A stretch of DNA of 63,693 nt, the filler included, from Olpidium bornovanus S191 (taxonomy: Eukaryota > Fungi > Olpidiomycota): NCBI GenBank assembly GCA_017911155.1. It is 30 parts of 30 records of this genome, joined end to end, with 100 filler letters (N's around TTAATTAATTAA, not from the genome) between each part and the next. Parts side by side here need not be neighbours in the genome. Positions count along the whole stretch, not along the records: positions 59,179 to 61,585 come from JAEFCI010013348.1; positions 61,686 to 63,693 come from JAEFCI010008587.1; 28 more parts are not named here. The stretch is one strand, 5' to 3'. The notes below the pieces were generated by a model. It worked only from the letters and a program-made list of their open reading frames with translations. It ran no database searches and was not told where the DNA came from. Of this stretch, positions 60,285-63,693 are shown piece by piece; positions within the stretch are counted from its first letter, which is position 1, and every line of letters begins with the position of its first letter. The position numbers and the translations under genes are program-made.

Positions 60285-61685
60285 GGGCGAGGCGTGGCGG
60301 AGGGGGCGGGCCCGGGTCTGGCGGCGCGCGATCAAAAAGTCTGGCCGGCCGCCGCGCGCCAGGCCGGGGAACGTATGGGGGAAGGGGGGGTGAGCGCGCG
60401 GGGGTGGGTTACCGCGTGCGCCGGCAGGCGAAAAGCACGGGCAGGAACCAGACACGACACCGACACCGGGGGCCGCGCACGGCGCTGGTTTTCGGCCAAC
60501 GGGAAAAAAAAAAAACGAAAAAAGCTCAACTGCTGCTCTGGAGAGTGCGCGCGTGTCGGGTGCGCGCGTGTGTGTGGGGGAAAGGGAGGTGGGGGGGGGG
60601 GGGGGGGGGGCGGGGGGTTTGTGGGTCGCACAAATCTTAAAGGCACCTAAACAAACACGCACCTAACATCCCCCCCTTCCGCTTCCCCTTCTTCCCCCGC
60701 GCATATTTCCATCGCATCGGCGACATTTTGCGCGCGCATGGAAACGAGGGGGCGGGGAAGGGGACGGGGAGATCGGATGGGCGCGGGAAAAGAAGAGCGG
60801 GAAGGGTGGTTCCGCGCGCGATAAACAATAAAAACCGCGGAAACCACTCGATCCTTCGTTGCGCGAGGTGGGTCACGTGAGCCGAGAGGGGGGGGGGGGG
60901 GGTTCTCAGGCGAGACGAGTGGACCGGCGGCAGCGCCGGCGCGAAACGGTTCGGAGAGGCCCGAAAGGCGCCGGGAGGAGGAGAGCACCGGGGCGTCCGC
61001 CGGCTCTCGGGGGGTGCCGACGGGAAAGAGGGCGAAAAGCAGCCTTCCTGCCTCTTCGCCCCCTGCCCTTTTTGCCTTTTTTGCCAGCCCGGCGTGCTTT
61101 TTGTCGCGCTCGCTTTTGCATTCCCCGCTTGCTTTTTTGCTTTTGGCGGAAGCCGGGGGTGCCTACGGGCGGGGGGGGGGGGAAAAGGGATGTAAAAGTC
61201 ACGTGACCATTTTTTTCCCCTTTCCCCCCCCTGCACCCACCGCCCACCTGCCGCCACTTCCTCTCGCTTTTGTCTTTTCCCCCCCCCTTTTTTTTTTTTT
61301 CTTTGCCCCTTTGGCCCCCCCCGCCCCCCCGCCCCCTTTCCGCTGCGGGGGGCCCACATGGGGCAAAGAGGGGGGGGTGTAGAGGATTTATTATCACTCT
61401 ATGTTTTTAATTATATTTTATTTTTTTATTTATTTATTTATTTTTTTTTTTTTTCTTTTCTTCGGGGGGATCTTAAAAAACAAACTAAAAGACGGGAGGA
61501 GGAGAAAGAAAAAGAAAAAAAAAAAAAAAAAAAAGAAGAGAGAAGCGAGAGAAAAGTAGATCGCGGAGAAGAAGAAAGCAAAAAANNNNNNNNNNNNNNN
61601 NNNNNNNNNNNNNNNNNNNNNNNNNNNNNTTAATTAATTAANNNNNNNNNNNNNNNNNNNNNNNNNNNNNNNNNNNNNNNNNNNN

Positions 61686-62900
61686 ACCTGGCGGCTTTCC
61701 ATTTCCCGCTGAAGAGAAGCGAATGGGAAATGCGTCAAGATTAACCACTTCGAAACGATGAGAGGCTTCACATTTCCATCTTTCTCCCGGACAAAGTGAT
61801 AACATGTCACGTGTTCTCCGTAAGTCGGATAAATCGTGAAGGAGTTTCTGACGGCGGGGGAGGGCGAGAAGCAATTTCTGTGTCGTGGTGGGGGGGGATC
61901 TACGCGTAATTCTAGCGGCTCGGCTTTCCGTGGCAATGGCTTGTCGCCGTCCGTCTGCCACCGGTATTTCAGGGCTGCAACCGGGGATTCTATGACCCGC
62001 TTTTGGTTCCTCGTTCCACCTAATCTCCTCAACGCCACACCCCACTGTTTTTTTTACTACAACGGCAACGGCAACGGCAGTGACGTCAGTGGCAATGACG
62101 TCGACGAGTAAGGACGCTTGGGAGGTTACCAACAGCGACGCGTTCAGCAGAACAGCGCGTTCAGCAGCGGCAATGCTCTTAGCAATGACAAGGCGGTTAA
62201 CAACGGCAATGAATTCAGTGACGGCGGCGGCGGGGAGGAGGGAAGCGGGACATCTAAAAAAGCCGGGGGGATGAAGAGGGGAACATTCGCAAAAAAAAAA
62301 GCCAACCCCAACGGCGGAGGTCGAGGGCAAGACCGGAACTACCACACTAAACAGGCCCCGACTTCGGCGAGAACGCCTGGCGCAGCAAGGCAGCGACGAC
62401 TGCAACAGCAGCAGCAACCGCAACTCGTACCTTCTCCACCAGCGATACCCCAAACCAGGTATGCGCAACTAGAAGAGATCGACCGCCAACGGGCCGGCCC
62501 CCCGCCCGGCATTATGAAAAGACCGCGATGGGTACCGCCCGCTGTTCAACGACGGACTGTCTCGCAACTACACAGGAAATACCCAACTTCCGCAGAGCGC
62601 GTGAGTCTACAAACGGTCTATATTTTTCTGCCTTGCTTTTTTTTTTCTACGGTGTAAATTTTTTTATGCGGACGGGCGAGGGGGCGATTGCGGAGGGGGA
62701 GGAGGGAAGGGAGGGGGTGATGGGGGAAAGGGGATCACGGAAACAAAGGGACATGACATCGTTGCGGAGCAATCTTGACATGTTATCACTTTGTCCGGGA
62801 GAAAGATGGAAATGTGAAGCCTCTCATCGTTTCGAAGTGGTTAATCTTGACGCGTTTCCTATTCGCTTCTCTTCAGCGGGAACTGGAAAAGCCGCCGGGT
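61686..62900. repeat. Imperfect ~125-bp inverted repeat (61686-61809 vs 62776-62900)
   Basis: tgacatgttatcactttgtccgggagaaagatgg...cagcggga...gccgcc on opposite strands; I count 4 substitutions and 1 indel. Confidence 0.9.
62118..62600 (+). CDS. Low-complexity N/G/Q-rich ORF, possibly an exon or gag-like remnant
   Basis: Open ~160 aa ending KYPTSAER|gtgagt; an in-frame TAA at 62109-62111 separates it from an upstream ORF in the same frame. Confidence 0.3.
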
Positions 62901-63693
62901 TATCCACTCGAGAAGCCTGCCGAGAATTCAATGGTCAGCTTTTCTGGGGTGGCCGGGTATACGAGGTAAAACTCCTCGCCGTCATTGGACATCGCATGCC
63001 CCTTTCTGGAATTGCATTTGTAAATCTGACCCCTTCCAGTTTCCGCTTTTCTCGCCTGGCTCCAATTGTCAATGACGGAAAAAGACGGCCTGCAACCAGA
63101 TAGGACGCCCAAATCATGGTTTGCCTGGCGATCGCAGCGGCGGGAGCTGCGCCCAGCAACTCCAAGCCGGAAACGTTTACGGCGGTATGGCCGGTCGTCT
63201 CCGGAGCGGCGGGCATGCCAACCAGGGCAGGTCCTGTGGAGGTGGCGGTGCTGGTGACAAGGCCCGCGGTGGAGGCTGCTGCAAGAACTGCCGCATCTTC
63301 GATTCAGGATACAACCGCGAAAATCAGAGAACCGCCGGCGATGAAGACTGGCGGAAGCGGTCGGCCGCCCCGGCCGCGTCGGGAACGGCGGCTGACTATG
63401 AGGTGGCTGAGAAGCACTTGGCGGATCTGAGGAGGGAAACCGCTCGGAAGGATCTGCTCGCCGCCGGAGAGCCGGATGATGACTTGCAACGCATTATCCT
63501 GCTTGCGGCGCATTATCCGCGAAGACTTCAGCCGAGAAGGGGCCTTCTGCTATCCGTTTTCCTCTTTCGGAGTTCGCGGCGCAGTGCCGGCGAGGCAAAG
63601 TTTGTTAACTTTTTGTATTGATTAGCGGCATCTCACGAACTCCACCGTCCTTCCTCCTGCCGTCCTCGGGCGCCAACCGCATTGGAAAGCATG

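Larger units (their letters stand above)
2480..61685. other. 29 artificial inter-contig spacers (N-run + TTAATTAATTAA + N-run, about 100 nt each)
   Basis: The same 12-mer, with stops in all six frames, sits in the middle of every gap (e.g. 2480-2579, 5129-5228, 6230-6329, up to 61586-61685). It explains the ORFs ending in ...XXXLIN. Confidence 0.98.

Noticed and set aside
1-63693. Functional gene cluster (e.g. VPS11 + VPS9 + COP1 trafficking, or RPN8 + CSN3)
   Set aside because: The genes lie on separate contigs joined artificially, so adjacency carries no information.
1-63693. rRNA, tRNA or snRNA genes
   Set aside because: None recognised by eye; tRNAscan-SE and Infernal would be needed to exclude them.

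Overview
This is not a natural locus. It is an artificial concatenation of 30 short contigs (about 1-4 kb each), each separated by an N-gap of about 100 nt containing the spacer TTAATTAATTAA, so gene neighbourhood is only meaningful within a contig. The DNA is from an intron-rich eukaryote with GC-rich exons and homopolymer-rich introns. Fungal-type genes (COX9, ATP16, PFA4, MEP/AMT, a chitin-deacetylase-like N-terminus, Vps9/Vps11) together with IFT22/RABL5 (intraflagellar transport) point to a zoosporic, early-diverging fungus; a fold-back chimera suggests amplified DNA, as in an Olpidium-like single-sporangium assembly (inference, not confirmed). Recognisable genes, mostly truncated: FRG1, gelsolin/severin, RPN8, alpha-COP, a DUF2419/QNG1-like protein, VPS11, VPS9, SEN1, INTS11, ATP16, ammonium transporter, COX9, DHHC PFA4, pirin, CSN3, SUGP1, a Gly-zipper protein, LYRM5-like and IFT22. 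There are also decayed Ty1/Copia and Ty3/Gypsy fragments, a dispersed LTR family and several tandem or inverted repeats. I found no multi-gene novel system that the sequence supports. The best leads are: Integrator endonuclease INTS11 in a fungus; a decayed ~62-aa tandem-repeat protein; three 12-14-nt microexons (one splitting the SEN1 Walker A motif); a CpG-deamination signature on the Copia integrase; a possible spliced extension of COX9; and shared putative regulatory motifs. All protein identifications are from my recognition of motifs, not database searches, and many boundaries are approximate.
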